DNA from: an uncultured bacterium
Lineage (GTDB): Bacteria; Verrucomicrobiota; Verrucomicrobiia; Limisphaerales; UBA8199
Assembly: GCA_963749495.1 (NCBI GenBank)
Contig: CAVVMW010000008.1
Span: 96,001 to 160,000 of the forward strand
DNA: 64,000 bases
Reading direction: 5' to 3'
Part shown: positions 41,795-52,808 of the stretch, one piece after another
Position numbering within the stretch: position 1 is the stretch's first letter
How the letters are laid out: each line of letters opens with the position of its first letter
The notes under the pieces: generated by a model
Told to the model about the DNA's origin: nothing
The model's database searches: none
What the model saw: only the letters and a program-made list of their open reading frames with translations
Translations under genes and position numbers: made by a program

Positions 41795-44342
41795 GATTGC
41801 TCTCGACTTTTGTCCCGCCTCTCCTCCTGGCCGTGTTGCTGGGATCCACCTCGCGGGTGCAAGCCGCCGCAGTCCCAGCCGATCCCATCAAGGCCTTTTG
41901 CGTCGATTTCAACTGGGGCGAGGGCGGGCCGAACGGCTTTGCCCGGCCAGGGCTGTGGGCGGAGGCTTCGCCCGAGGAACACGTCGCCTGGTACGCCGCG
42001 CTGGGGTGCAATGTGATTCAGACCTTCGCGGTCTCCTGCAACGGCTACGCCTGGTATCGCGGCGGCCCCGTGCCGCCGCAGCCCGGCCTCAAGCGCGACT
42101 TCTTGACTGAAATGGTCAAACTAGGTCATGCCCGGGGCATGAAGGTGATGGGCTACTATTGCGTGGGGGCCAACACACTCTGGGGCCTGACGCATACCAA
42201 TCGCAGCTACGGCGCTCCCAGCGACCCGCACATTCCCTGACCAGGGAGTACCTGGACTACTTGTGCAAGTCCATCGAGGACGGCCTCAAGCGCACGGGGA
42301 TGGATGGCTTCATGATTGATTGGGTCTGGAACCCCGGGGACATCGGCGCCGTGAAAATGAGTTGGCTGGACTGCGAGCAGCAGATGTGGGGCGAACTGTT
42401 CGGTGAACCTTTTCCCGGCAAGGACAAGGTCGGCAAGGCGCAGGAATTGGAATTCCGGCGGCGGGCCATTGACCGCTGCTGGGAGCGGATTCGCGACACG
42501 ACCCGCCGCGTCAAACCGGACGCGGTGATCTGGTTGAGTTGCTGCGATGTGAGCTCGCGGGTAGTAGCCGGCTCGAAGCCCTTCAAGGAAGTGGACTGGC
42601 TGATGAATGAAGCCACAGACCCGAAGGCCCTCGAACAGATCGCGAGAATGAAAGGACCGCATACCCGTCTCGTGCAGTGCGTGGTCGGCTGGGGCGATGC
42701 GCACGATGCCCGGCGGATTCTACTGGGCGAGGCGGCCGGGCGCCTTGGCATCTACGGTTTCTCCAAGCCGGGGCCGAACTCACTGCCGCTGCCGGTGGAC
42801 GAATATCGCCGCCGTCCAATCAACTCCTTTCACGGCAACGACCGCAATATCGCCGCGCTGGCGCGCTACTTCAACGGGGAGTCGCTTGTTCTATTATCAT
42901 TCCCCATCGTGGATACCGGCCAAACCAAGTGCTACGATAACCGCCGCGAAATCGCGCCGCCGGGGCCAGGCCAGCCTTTCTACGGCCAGGATGCCCAATG
43001 GCCCCGCCACCCCGCCAGTTTCACACTGAGCGCGGATGGCCTGACCGTGCACGACAACATCACCGGCCTAACCTGGCAGCGCAGCCCCGATACCGACGGT
43101 GACGGCGCATTGACCTCCCGCGACAAATTAACCTGGGCCCAGGCGCAGGCGCTTCCGCCCAAGCTCAACGCGGCCAAATTCGGCGGCTTTGACGACTGGC
43201 GCCTGCCCTCCATCAAGGAGCTCTACTCGTTGTTCGACGCGCGCGGCACCGATCCGAGCGGTCCCATGGACCTTGGCGCCTCCCGCCTCATTCCCTTTCT
43301 CGACACGAACTTCTTCAAGTTCGCCTACGGCGATCCGCGCGCGGGGGAACGGCTGATTGACTCGCAGTATGCCTCGAGCACCAGGTACGCGGGCAACTCG
43401 GTGCGGGGCATGGGAAAAATCTTCGGCGTGAACTTCGCCGATGGCCGGATCAAGGGCTATGACCTGTACATGCCGGGGGGCGGCACTGAGAAGACGTTTT
43501 TCGTGCTGTGCGTGCGCGGCAACCCAGCGTATGGCAAGAACGACTTTTACAACAACGGTGACGGCACGATTACGGACCGCGCCACTGGTCTGACGTGGGT
43601 CCAGACGGACAGTGGCAAAGGCATGAACTGGCAGGATGCGCTGGCCTGGGTGCAGCAGAAGAATGCGGAGCATTACCTTGGCCACGGCGATTGGCGGCTG
43701 CCGAGTGTGAAGGAGCTGCAGAGCATTGTGGACTACGCGCGCTGCCCGGATGCCACTCAGTCACCGGCGATTGACCCTCTCTTTCGCCGCACGATCATCA
43801 CCAACGAAGCGCACCAGACCGACTATCCGTTCTACTGGTCGGCCACGACGCACGTTGGGCTGGGAGGCGGCAGCGGCGCAATGTACGTCGCCTTTGGCCG
43901 TGCCGCAGGCTGGATGCCGCCACCGGGCATGAGGGGAGGACCGCCGGGCAGACGCGGCGCCTTTGGCCCCGGGCCTGGGTTCGATAGACCGCCCCCTATC
44001 GGACCGGGAAGGCCACCGCCCTTCGGGCCGGATGGTCCGCCACCCCCTGGTTCGGATGGAGGGCCACCCTTTGGCCCGGAGGGGCCGCCGAGACCCGATG
44101 CCGCCGGGCCTCAAAGGCCGGGACCCGAAGGCGGAGACTCTAGCGGTTATCACTATGTGGATGTTCATGGCGCCGGTTCGCAACGTAGCGACCCCAAGGC
44201 GGGCGATCCGGCGATGTTCCCTCACGGCCGCGGTCCGCAGGGAGACGTCATTCGCATTTACAACTTCGTGCGCTGCGTGCGAGGAGGAGAACCGCTTATT
44301 TCCAGAACTCCCGCACCACCCGCTCCCACTCGTCAGCCATGA
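41791..44342 (+). CDS. Fusion of an alpha-L-fucosidase(GH29)-like TIM barrel and a DUF1566/Lcl-domain protein (frameshift near 42236)
   Basis: GYAWY, DFLTEMVKLGHARGMKVMGYY, MDGFMIDW; then PIVDTGQTKCYD, DNITGLTWQ, DWRLPSIKEL, DNGDGTITDRATGLTW, DWRLPSVKELQSIVDY, VRCVR (two Lcl domains). Confidence 0.75.
43963..44134 (+). repeat. Degenerate 24-bp (8-aa) Pro/Gly tandem repeat inside the Lcl region
   Basis: GPGPGFDR/PPPIGPGR/PPPFGPDG/PPPPGSDG/GPPFGPEG/PPRPDAAG/PQRPGPEG. Confidence 0.7.
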
Positions 44343-44526
44343 GTTGGTGGCCGCGGTAAGTGGGATGCACGTTGTCCCAGATCCAGTAGTCGGCCGGCGC
44401 GATTCTCGCGGCCTCGTCAAAGACCCTCTGGAAATGGAGCAGCACGGCGCCGTGCTTTTGCGCCAGACGCGCTACGATCTCCTGCCGACGGCGGATGCCG
44501 CTGTCCCTGGTTCCGGCAGGCTTCAC
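44296..44526 (-). pseudogene. SGNH/GDSL hydrolase remnant (start codon plus C-terminal block only)
   Basis: GTGA-coupled start, then IVARLAQKHGAV..FQRVFD..DYWIWDNVHPTYRGHQLMADEW (block V DxxH); no GDS or GxND blocks. Confidence 0.75.
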
Positions 44527-47026
44527 AAAGGAGTCGCTCGCCCAAGCAGGTTGATCTCGCGGTACACGTTGAATCCTAACGGACCATCGTCAAACTCGAA
44601 GCGGACGGCCACAACGCCTCGCGCGTTCACCGGGAGGCGCGATTCGGTTGCTCCGCCGGTGGACGGCCTGGAGCCGGTGGCGAGCTTCACGAATTTCCCG
44701 GGTTCGCCGGCATAGGCGGCCAGCACGGTGTAGGCTTGGCTGGCCCGAGCATCCGGGTGGCCCGCGAAGGTTCGGATCTCGTTCAGATCGCAGGGCTGCC
44801 TGAGCCGCAGTGTCAGCCAGTCCCCCTTGCCGTAGCCACGAAAGGTCTGGCCGTCATCGGCGGTGTCAGTGCCGCCGGAGCCATTGCGGGTGGTGCCGTT
44901 AAACAGCGCGCTAGCGTCCGTACCGCCGCCGGTGTGCGTGCAATGATCCTCGGCGCCGGCCAGAAACCGGTGTAGCAGATCATCCTTCACCACGTCGCCC
45001 TCGTGATCCTCGTCACCGGCCTCGCTCATTTCCTCTTCAGGGGAGGCGGGCGGGAGCGGCTTGAGCTTGCCGATGACCTCAAAATGGTATGTGCCGGAAG
45101 AAAGGTGAACTACCTGCTCGACTTTGCGGCCATCAAGCGTGATCGTCGGTTGGTCGAAGCGGGAGGTGGGCACAGTCACTTCAGCTTCCTTACCGGCGGG
45201 AATGCCCACGTCCAGCGTCAGCTTTTCTTCGCCCAACGCCCAGGATACGGCCACGTCACCATGCGGAGTCGGCACGCTGCCTTTGGCCCAGGCCAGGTCG
45301 CACAGCGCGGGGCGGATAACGACCGTTTTCGACCCCGGCGCCCCCGTGGTCACTCCAAGCACCCGCGCCGACATTTGGACCAACGGCGTCGAGCACCAGC
45401 CATGGCTCAGGTCGCCGCCATTCCACATCTCGCGGAAGGATTGCGTCGCCGGCACAATGCGCCAGCGGCGCAGTTGGCCCGTGCCGTATTGGTCGAACAA
45501 TCCGGCATGGTCAATGGCCGAAAACACCCAGTGCATGAACCACGGCTGCGTGTTGAGCGGACGCGCCGCGAGCACCCGCTCAACCATGGCCGCCTGCCGT
45601 TCGCGCGGCGCCAGATCGTAGAGCACCGCCAGGAGATTCACGTGCGAGCTGAACGTCTCGATGTCCTTGTCTGCCGGCAGCCACTGGCCCGGTTTGACCG
45701 AGCTTTGGAACGGCTTCCCATCCCGATAGAGCCCTTTTTCAGCCGCCCACAGTTCCCGGTTGAAAGCTCCCACGAGTTCGACGCGCAGCCGGCTATACTT
45801 TTCAGCACGGGCCATGTCGCCGTCCATCGCCGCCACGCGCGCCGCCATCTCCAGCCCGTGATAATACAGCGCCGTGAGGTAGCCTTGCCCAATCACCGCG
45901 GGCGGGTGATGACAGTTGAACCCGCCAATGTCCACCCAATCCATGAACATGTAGTTCGGCGCCTCGGAGATGAGGCCGTTGGCGCCGCGCCATGATGCGT
46001 AGGTGTCCAGCAACGCGTGGACATTGGGCGCCAGTTCCCGGACGAGCGACTGGTCGCCCGTGTAGTCGTAGTAATCCATGAGCATTCGCCGCCGTCCAAA
46101 ATCACCCATGCGCCCTCGTGCGCCCGTATCGTGACCCGTGCGCCTTTACCGCCTTTCACCTTCAAGGTCGGATAGGCGCTGAGCACCCGGTCGAACACCA
46201 CGCGAAAGCGGCCGTCCTGGATCATGGTCCTGCCCGGCAGCCCCTCGAGCCGCTGGACTGGATAGCGCGCCTCCATCAACGGAGGAATCTCGCTGGGCAC
46301 GAGCGGTTTCCAAACATCCTTTGCCTCCCGGCACGCCGGCCAGGCTCCGTCGTCAAAGCCCGGTGAGCGCCAACCGGCAGGCTCCTTGCCGGCATCGTAA
46401 GTGGCTGGGTCAGGAAACTGCGCCGCCGGCAACGCCCGCCAGGTCGCGTCCGACTTCACGGTCAACTTCTCCAGCCCCGGCAGCGTGACGTTTGCCTCGA
46501 AAAGGAACCCTGGGCTGCCCCGTGAGACCGTGGAGCCGACCGGCCATTGGCGGAACACCTCGGCGGCAACGACGTTGCGGCCTTTCCGGAAGAAGGGCGT
46601 CAGATCACGGCAATCATAAAACCAGCGGTGCGTATCGCCGCCGGCATAATCGCGGCCCATGTCCACCGGCCCGCGCGAGACGAGCCGGCCGTTGACGTAG
46701 AGCCGGTATTTCATGTCCGCCGTCATCCAGGCGACCACTTGCGCGGGCACCTCGGCCAGCGTGACCTCTTTGCGGAACATCCCGACGGTCGGTGATGTCT
46801 CTGCCCCGAGCCAAATCCATGTTGCCTGCCAGGGCGACGGTTTCCGGCATTGGTTCACAAATGTATAACCCTTCACTTGGACACCTTGTTCGTCCACCCG
46901 CGGCGTCATCCCCGGATATTCCACTGGCCCGCGTGGATCCACTGGGGTGTCGAGGGCGCCTGCTGCCAAGGCCCGCATCGTCGCCAGCACAAGCCCGCAC
47001 CGCACCATCGCTTGGGTCGCTATCAT
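44523..47026 (-). pseudogene. Alpha-L-rhamnosidase (GH78)-like protein with C-terminal discoidin-like domain, broken near 46085 (probable internal deletion)
   Basis: ATWIW, FRKEV, TADMKYRLYVNG, LTPFFRKGRNV; jumps from VILDGGE to MLMDYYDYTGD; DWVD, FREMW..DLSHGW, LAWAKGSVPTPHG. The general-acid region expected before YYDYTGD is not seen. Confidence 0.7.
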
Positions 47027-47171
47027 GACCCAAGCTTGCCGCGTTCCGCGGCGATGGTCCAGTACATCGCCTTTCGCGCGTCCATTCGCGGTTAAAAAGA
47101 ACCTCACCTGTTCGCGACAGGTTTCGGAATTCAAGGACTCCGGCCCGAGGACGCGGTGCCAAGTCTGGGTT

Positions 47172-47780
47172 CTATGGCTCGCAGTCGTCTAATTTTATCG
47201 TGCGCACGCCGAATCTCGGGATGGCGAGTTCTACCGCAGTGCGGCGACCCGGCATCACTGTAGTGCGCAAAGTCTCGCGCGTGTTGCCGTTCAATTCTAC
47301 CAGGCTCACGTTTGCGGCCCGTCCGTCCAGGCTCAATCGTTGCGCGCGATCATCGCCGGCGGCATTGAAGAGCCAGATGAACCGACTTTTTCCTTCGACC
47401 ATCATCGTGGTCATCTCCCAACCCGAGCCCGAAAGCTCCAGCATGGATTGGCGTCCCTCCCTGGCGGGGCCATTGGAATTTGCCAGCACAGCCGTCAAGG
47501 GTTCATTCCAGGCGGCGCTTTCTCCGGATATTTCCCCTTGATCCCAGCGTCCGCGATGGGGAACCAGGGCGTAATGCACGGTGGTCGGCCCGGCTATGGA
47601 ATAGCGCCTGCCCCAAAGCCCGATGCCTGAGTATTGCAGGACCAGCCCCAGGGGATGATCCTCCCCGTGCACATAGCTGGTGGTATGGTCCGTCAATAAG
47701 GCCAGCCCATAGTCCCCGGTTGCATCAGTCACATCCAGCCATTGCAGGACCACGTTGTTCTTAATCCCGTCCCAAGTTTT
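47172..47780 (-). pseudogene. C-terminal remnant of a GH38 alpha-mannosidase-like gene
   Basis: FKTWDGIKNNVVLQWLDV..GLALLTDHTTSY..YALVPH.G.W..WNEPL..LFNA..VELNG..IPRFGVRTI; no start, and fused to the end of the upstream gene. Confidence 0.65.
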
Positions 47781-48357
47781 TGAAGACTTCCGTGGCGGTT
47801 TTGAGGAACAGGTCGCGCGCCGCCCACTGGTCGGGTCCGGGGCATTGCATCATGAAAACGGCCACCATTCCCGTCTTCGGGTTGACCGACAGATCGGTGC
47901 CATAGGCGCCGTCGTGGCCAAACATGCCGTTGCGCAGGTGATAGCCCAGGCTGTAGTTGACCTTGGTGGCCCCGGTTTGCTCCTTGCGCAATTCCTCCAT
48001 GGCCGCGTGGGACAGGTAGCGTTTGCCGTCCAGTTCGCCATTGTTGGCCAGCATCATGATGGAGGCGCCGGCGAACATCTTCGTCATCGACGCAATCCAG
48101 AACAGGTTGTCTTCGCGGAGCGGTTGCTTGGCCTCGACATCGGCGTAGCCGAGCACATTCTGGTAATGGACCTTGCCGGTCTTGTCGGCAATAATCGTGA
48201 CGACGCCCGCCAGCTTGTAGCTGTCCAGATAAGGCTGCATGGCCACCGTCACTTCCGGGCTGGCCGGAGGTTCCTTTTCAGCGGCGATACCGGAGCCAGC
48301 GCCGAGCGCCGCCGTCAGCACGAATATGAGCGGGGCGCGGAAATGATCTTCTTTCAT
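47761..48357 (-). pseudogene. Serine hydrolase (beta-lactamase-related) with in-frame internal deletion
   Basis: Only 198 aa: signal peptide, GYAD, LFWIASMTK (SxxK), then directly ANNGELDGKRYLS..FGHDGAYGT. The LLxHTSG and YxN regions are missing; junction ~48050. Confidence 0.8.
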
Positions 48358-48527
48358 GTCTATGATTCTTGCGTCAGGAGAATAGAAGGCGCGGGCTTTG
48401 TCAACCCCGCGACGATTCCGCGATTCCGCGGCCTTATGCTCACCTTCGCTCGCGGACCGCGCGGACTGTGATCCCTGAGAATGGTGCTTGCCAGATGACC
48501 AGGCGCTATCTACTCCTGGGCCCGGAC

Positions 48528-51500
48528 ATGAAACCAGCCATTTCAGCCCGATCGATTCTCTCAAAACCCTGCATTCGTTCCCGATCGGCGAGGCCCTTTT
48601 CGGTCTGGTGCACCCTGCTTTGCCTGGCAACCGCTTCGCTGACATGTGCGCAGACCATCACGCTGCAGTCGCTCTTGTTGGAGATGGCCGATCGCGACGC
48701 GGCCGCCCGGTTTCCGGCGCCGCGCTACCAGTGCCTTCAGGCCTCGAGCTACAATCGCGCCTCCACCAATCGGAACCAACCCAACCAGGATACGACCGGG
48801 TGGTTCGCCGACAGCGACGGCACCGGCTACCTGCGCACGGAGACAGAGAACGGGCGGCAGGAATGGGTCATCATGGAGCATCAGGGCCCGGCTGCATCAC
48901 GGCGATGTGGACGCCGTTCTTCTACTACGATTTCAACGAGCGCACGGGGCCGAACCTGCGCATCTACCTGGATGGCGCGGAGACGCCGGTGATCGACGAG
49001 TCCTTTATCAAGCTGGTGCGCGGGGAGGGCACTTTTGGCGCGCCGTTCGCGACCAAGACCGCGCGGGCGGGCGATTCCTATGTGCCCATCCCCTTTGCCA
49101 AGAGCTGCAAAGTGACGCTCGCGAAGAAGTCGTTTTATTACCGCATCAACTATCGCTCCTATCCGGAAGGCACCAAGGTGGAAACCTTCACGGTCGAGGG
49201 ATACCGCGCGGCCGCCGCGGACCTCGAAAAGGCCGGTCGCGCGTTGACCGCCCTGCCGGAATCGCTCCCCGATGCCATTCGAAGATCGGCCAGCGTGCCG
49301 GCGGGCGGCGAACTGGGGCTGAAGCTTGCTGCCGGGCCAGGCGCAATTCGCCAGCTCACTGTACGGTTGCCGACCGCCGCCAGGCGTCCCGAAGCCCTTC
49401 GTTCCACGGTCCTGGCCATGACCTTCGACGGCGAGCCAACGGTATGGTGCCCCCTGGGCGATTTCTTCTGCAGCGCCGATTCGCTGCACCCGGTGCAGAC
49501 CTGGCAACGGATGGTGACCGCGGACGGCACCCTGGTCTGCGGCTGGGTAATGCCCTACCGGGAGGCCGCGGCGATTCGCTTGCTGAACTTGGGCAAGGAG
49601 GCGGCGGAAGCAACCCTGGAGGTGAACGCCGCGGGCTGGCACTGGGATGACCGTTCGATGCACTTCCACGCGAACTGGCGTCCTGACGATGTGGTGCCCG
49701 GTACGCCCTTCCGGGATTGGAACTACATTGATATCCGCGGGCAGGGCGTCGTCGTGGGCGACGCCTGGACGGTGTTAAACGTGCAGGGGAGCTGGTGGGG
49801 CGAGGGTGATGAGAAGATCTACGTGGACGACGCGTGGGACAAAGGCTTTCCGACCCACTTCGGCACCGGCACGGAGGATTATTACGGCTGGGCCGGCGGG
49901 GAGGTTCCCACGCGTAAAGACGAGTTCAGCACGCCGTTTCTGGCCAACGCTCGGGTCGGCGGGCTGGACGGCTATACCACAGGATTCAATATCTGCACGC
50001 GCACCCGCAGCCTCGACGCGATCCCGTTTGCCAAGCGGCTGGTGTTTGATATGGAATCCTCCTTCGGCACCGACATTCGGAACCCATGGAATCTGCTGGG
50101 CTATTCGGCGGTCACTTTCTGGTATGCAAAGCCGGGCGCGTCCCACAATCGCCCGGCGCGGCCAGCCGAAGCGGCTCGCCCGACTATGGCGCTGGCCGAG
50201 GTGAAGGCCAAAGCCGACGCGATGCACGAGACCTTCCGCCGTCACGAGGGCAAGGCCCTCCTGATATTTGCGGAACGACGCGAGGTTCCGCTGCGGCCCG
50301 AGCAGGGGCTTGCCGCCAACTGGCCGGCCGAAATGCCGACGCCGGCGCTGGCCTTCAGTGGCGTGGCCCGGCCCGGCGAGTTCTTCGTGTTTCAACTCGG
50401 GGTCTATGCGCTGAAGGACACCGGGCCGCTGGCGGTCACGTTCCAGCCGCTCACGGGCGCCAAGGGTACCATCCCCGCCGAGGATTTGCGTTGTCTGAGT
50501 CTCGGCGGAACGAACTACCTCGGTCAGCCGTTTAATAAGGAGATCGCTTTGAAACGCGGTCAGTTGCAAGCGCTGTGGGTCGGCGTGGCCGTGCCCGCCG
50601 GCGCGCAGGGTGTTTTCACCGGCACGGCACAACTCCGCGCCGGCCCGGATACCGCCGTCCCCATAAGCATCACGTTGCGGGTCGATGGAGCGCCGGTGAC
50701 CGACAGCGGCGACGGGGAAGCGAAGAACCTCTCGCGGCTGCGCTGGCTGGATTCGACTGCGGGCAGCGAAGCGACCCTCACCCAGCCGTTCACTGCCGTG
50801 CAGGCGGAGGGCCGGGTCATCAAGGTCTTGGGTCGCGAACTGGAGCTGGACGAGGCGGGACTGCCCGCACGCATCCTCAGCCATTTCTCGCCGGCCAACA
50901 CGCGGATCCAAGAGACCATGCGCGAAATCCTCGCCCGGCCTGCGGACTTCGTCGTCGAGACCAGCGCGGGTCCGGTCTCCTGGCAAAGCAGGTTTGGGCG
51001 ACTGACGCACACGGACCTGGAAGCGACCTGGACCGCGAGCAGCGCGGCCGACGGGTTGCGGGCCGAAGTCGCCGGTCGTCTCGATTTCACCGGTTCGGGC
51101 GAGGTGCGCCTGCGGCTGGTTGCCGAGCGGGACCTGGAGCTGCGGGACGCACGCCTCGAGCTGCCCTTTGCCGAAGAGGCCGCGCGTTACTTCATGGGCT
51201 TGCACCGGGAGGGCGGGCGGCGTCCCGAAGCCGTGCATTGGAAATGGGACACTACGAGGCACCAGGACTGCTTCTGGCTGGGCGATGTGAACGCGGGTCT
51301 GATGCTGCGTTTCAGAGACGCCCAATACCTGCGTCCCCCGGTGAACGTCTATTATTCGTTCCGCCCACTGCGTCTGCCCAAATCCTGGGGCAACGATGGG
51401 CGGGGCGGCGTAAACGTGAACCTGGCCAGGGACCAGCGCGTGTTGGTCAGCGCCTACAGCGGGTCGCGCACGCTCAAGGCGGGCGAGGCGCTCGATTTCA

Positions 51501-52783
51501 TTTTCGAGCTTTACCTGACGCCGTTCCGCACGCTGGACACCGAGAAACAGTGGGCGGTGCGGTTTACGCACCTGGGCGGACCGGGACGCCAGGCCATTGA
51601 CGATGCCGTGACTCACGCCGACGCCCAGCACGGGCCCAACGTGGTCAACGTCCACCATGCCAGTTTCTACTCGCCCTACATCAATTATCCCTACAGCGAC
51701 GATTCGTTCTCCGAATTCCGCCGGCTCGTGAAACGCGCGCACGAGCGGGGCGTCAAGCTGCGTGTTTATTACACCACTCGGGAGATTACGCAGAACATGC
51801 CGGAGCTGTTGCCGCTGCACGCGCTCAACGCCGAGATCATCCTGCCCGGTCCGGGCCGCGACGCGCGCACGCTGCTGCATCCGCAAGGCCCGCACGTCTG
51901 GCTGGTGGAGCACCTGGGCGGAGAATTCATCCCGGCGTGGGAGGCGCAAGTGGGCGCGCCCTACGCGGACCTGGACCTGTCGGTCCTCACCACGCCCGAT
52001 TCTCGCTGGAACAACTTCTACCTGGAAGGCCTCCGGTGGCTGGTGGAGAAATCGGACTTCGACGGCATTTACATTGACGACACCGCGCTGGACGCGACCA
52101 GCCTGCGCCGCGCGCGACGCATCCTGGACTCGCGCCCCGGCCTGCTCATTGACCTGCACACCTGGAACCACTTCAACCACTGGGCCGGCTTCGCGAACAA
52201 CCTGACCATCTACATGGAAATCCTGCCTTACCTCGATCGCCTGTGGCTGGGGGAAGGCTTCGACGCCAGCAGGGTGTCGCCGGAATTCTGGCTGGTGGAA
52301 ATGTCCGGTTTGCCTTTCGGCCTGATGAGCGAGATGCTCGATGGCGCGAATCCGTGGCGCGGGATGGTCTTCGGCGAAACGGCGCGTTTGCCGTGGTCCG
52401 GAGACCCGCGCGGTATGTGGAAGGTCTGGGACGACTTCGGCATCCAAGGCACCGAGATGCTACCCTTTTTCCTGAGAGATTGTCCGGTCCAGTCGGACCA
52501 CACGAACGTACTGGCCACGGTTTACCGAAAGCCGGGCCGCAGTTTCGTGGCCCTGGGCAGTTGGGCCAAGGACGAGGAGCGGGTGGATCTTCGCATCAAT
52601 TGGCCGGCGCTGGGACTTGACCCGGCGCGCGCGAGGCTCTATGCCCCGCCCATCCCGAACATGCAGACGGAGCGCCGCTGGAAACCGGGTGAGCCGATTT
52701 CCGTCGCGCCCGGGCGCGGCTGGTTTCTGGTGCTCGACGAGGTCGCGGGCCAGGCCAAGCCCGAGAGCCCAAGGTACCCATGA
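48528..52783 (+). CDS. Fusion of DUF2961 (GH172-like) and DUF6067 (GH123-like) glycosidase domains, secreted (frameshift near 48888)
   Basis: QASSYNRAS, GPGCITAMW, IPFAKSCKV, PLGDFF, WWGEGDEKIYVD, HFGTGTEDYY; then GEFFVFQLG, RLRWLDS, TPFR, NVHHA..PYINYP, YYTTRE, DGIYIDD, LWLGEGFD, SGLPFGLMSEML. Confidence 0.8.
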
Positions 52784-52808
52784 AAGCTCGACACTCCTTT
52801 CGGCCCTG

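Noticed and set aside
49775..52447. 890-aa minus-strand ORF (likewise 37942-39945, 58242-59564, 31072-32382)
   Set aside because: Antisense shadows of real high-GC genes; no motifs.
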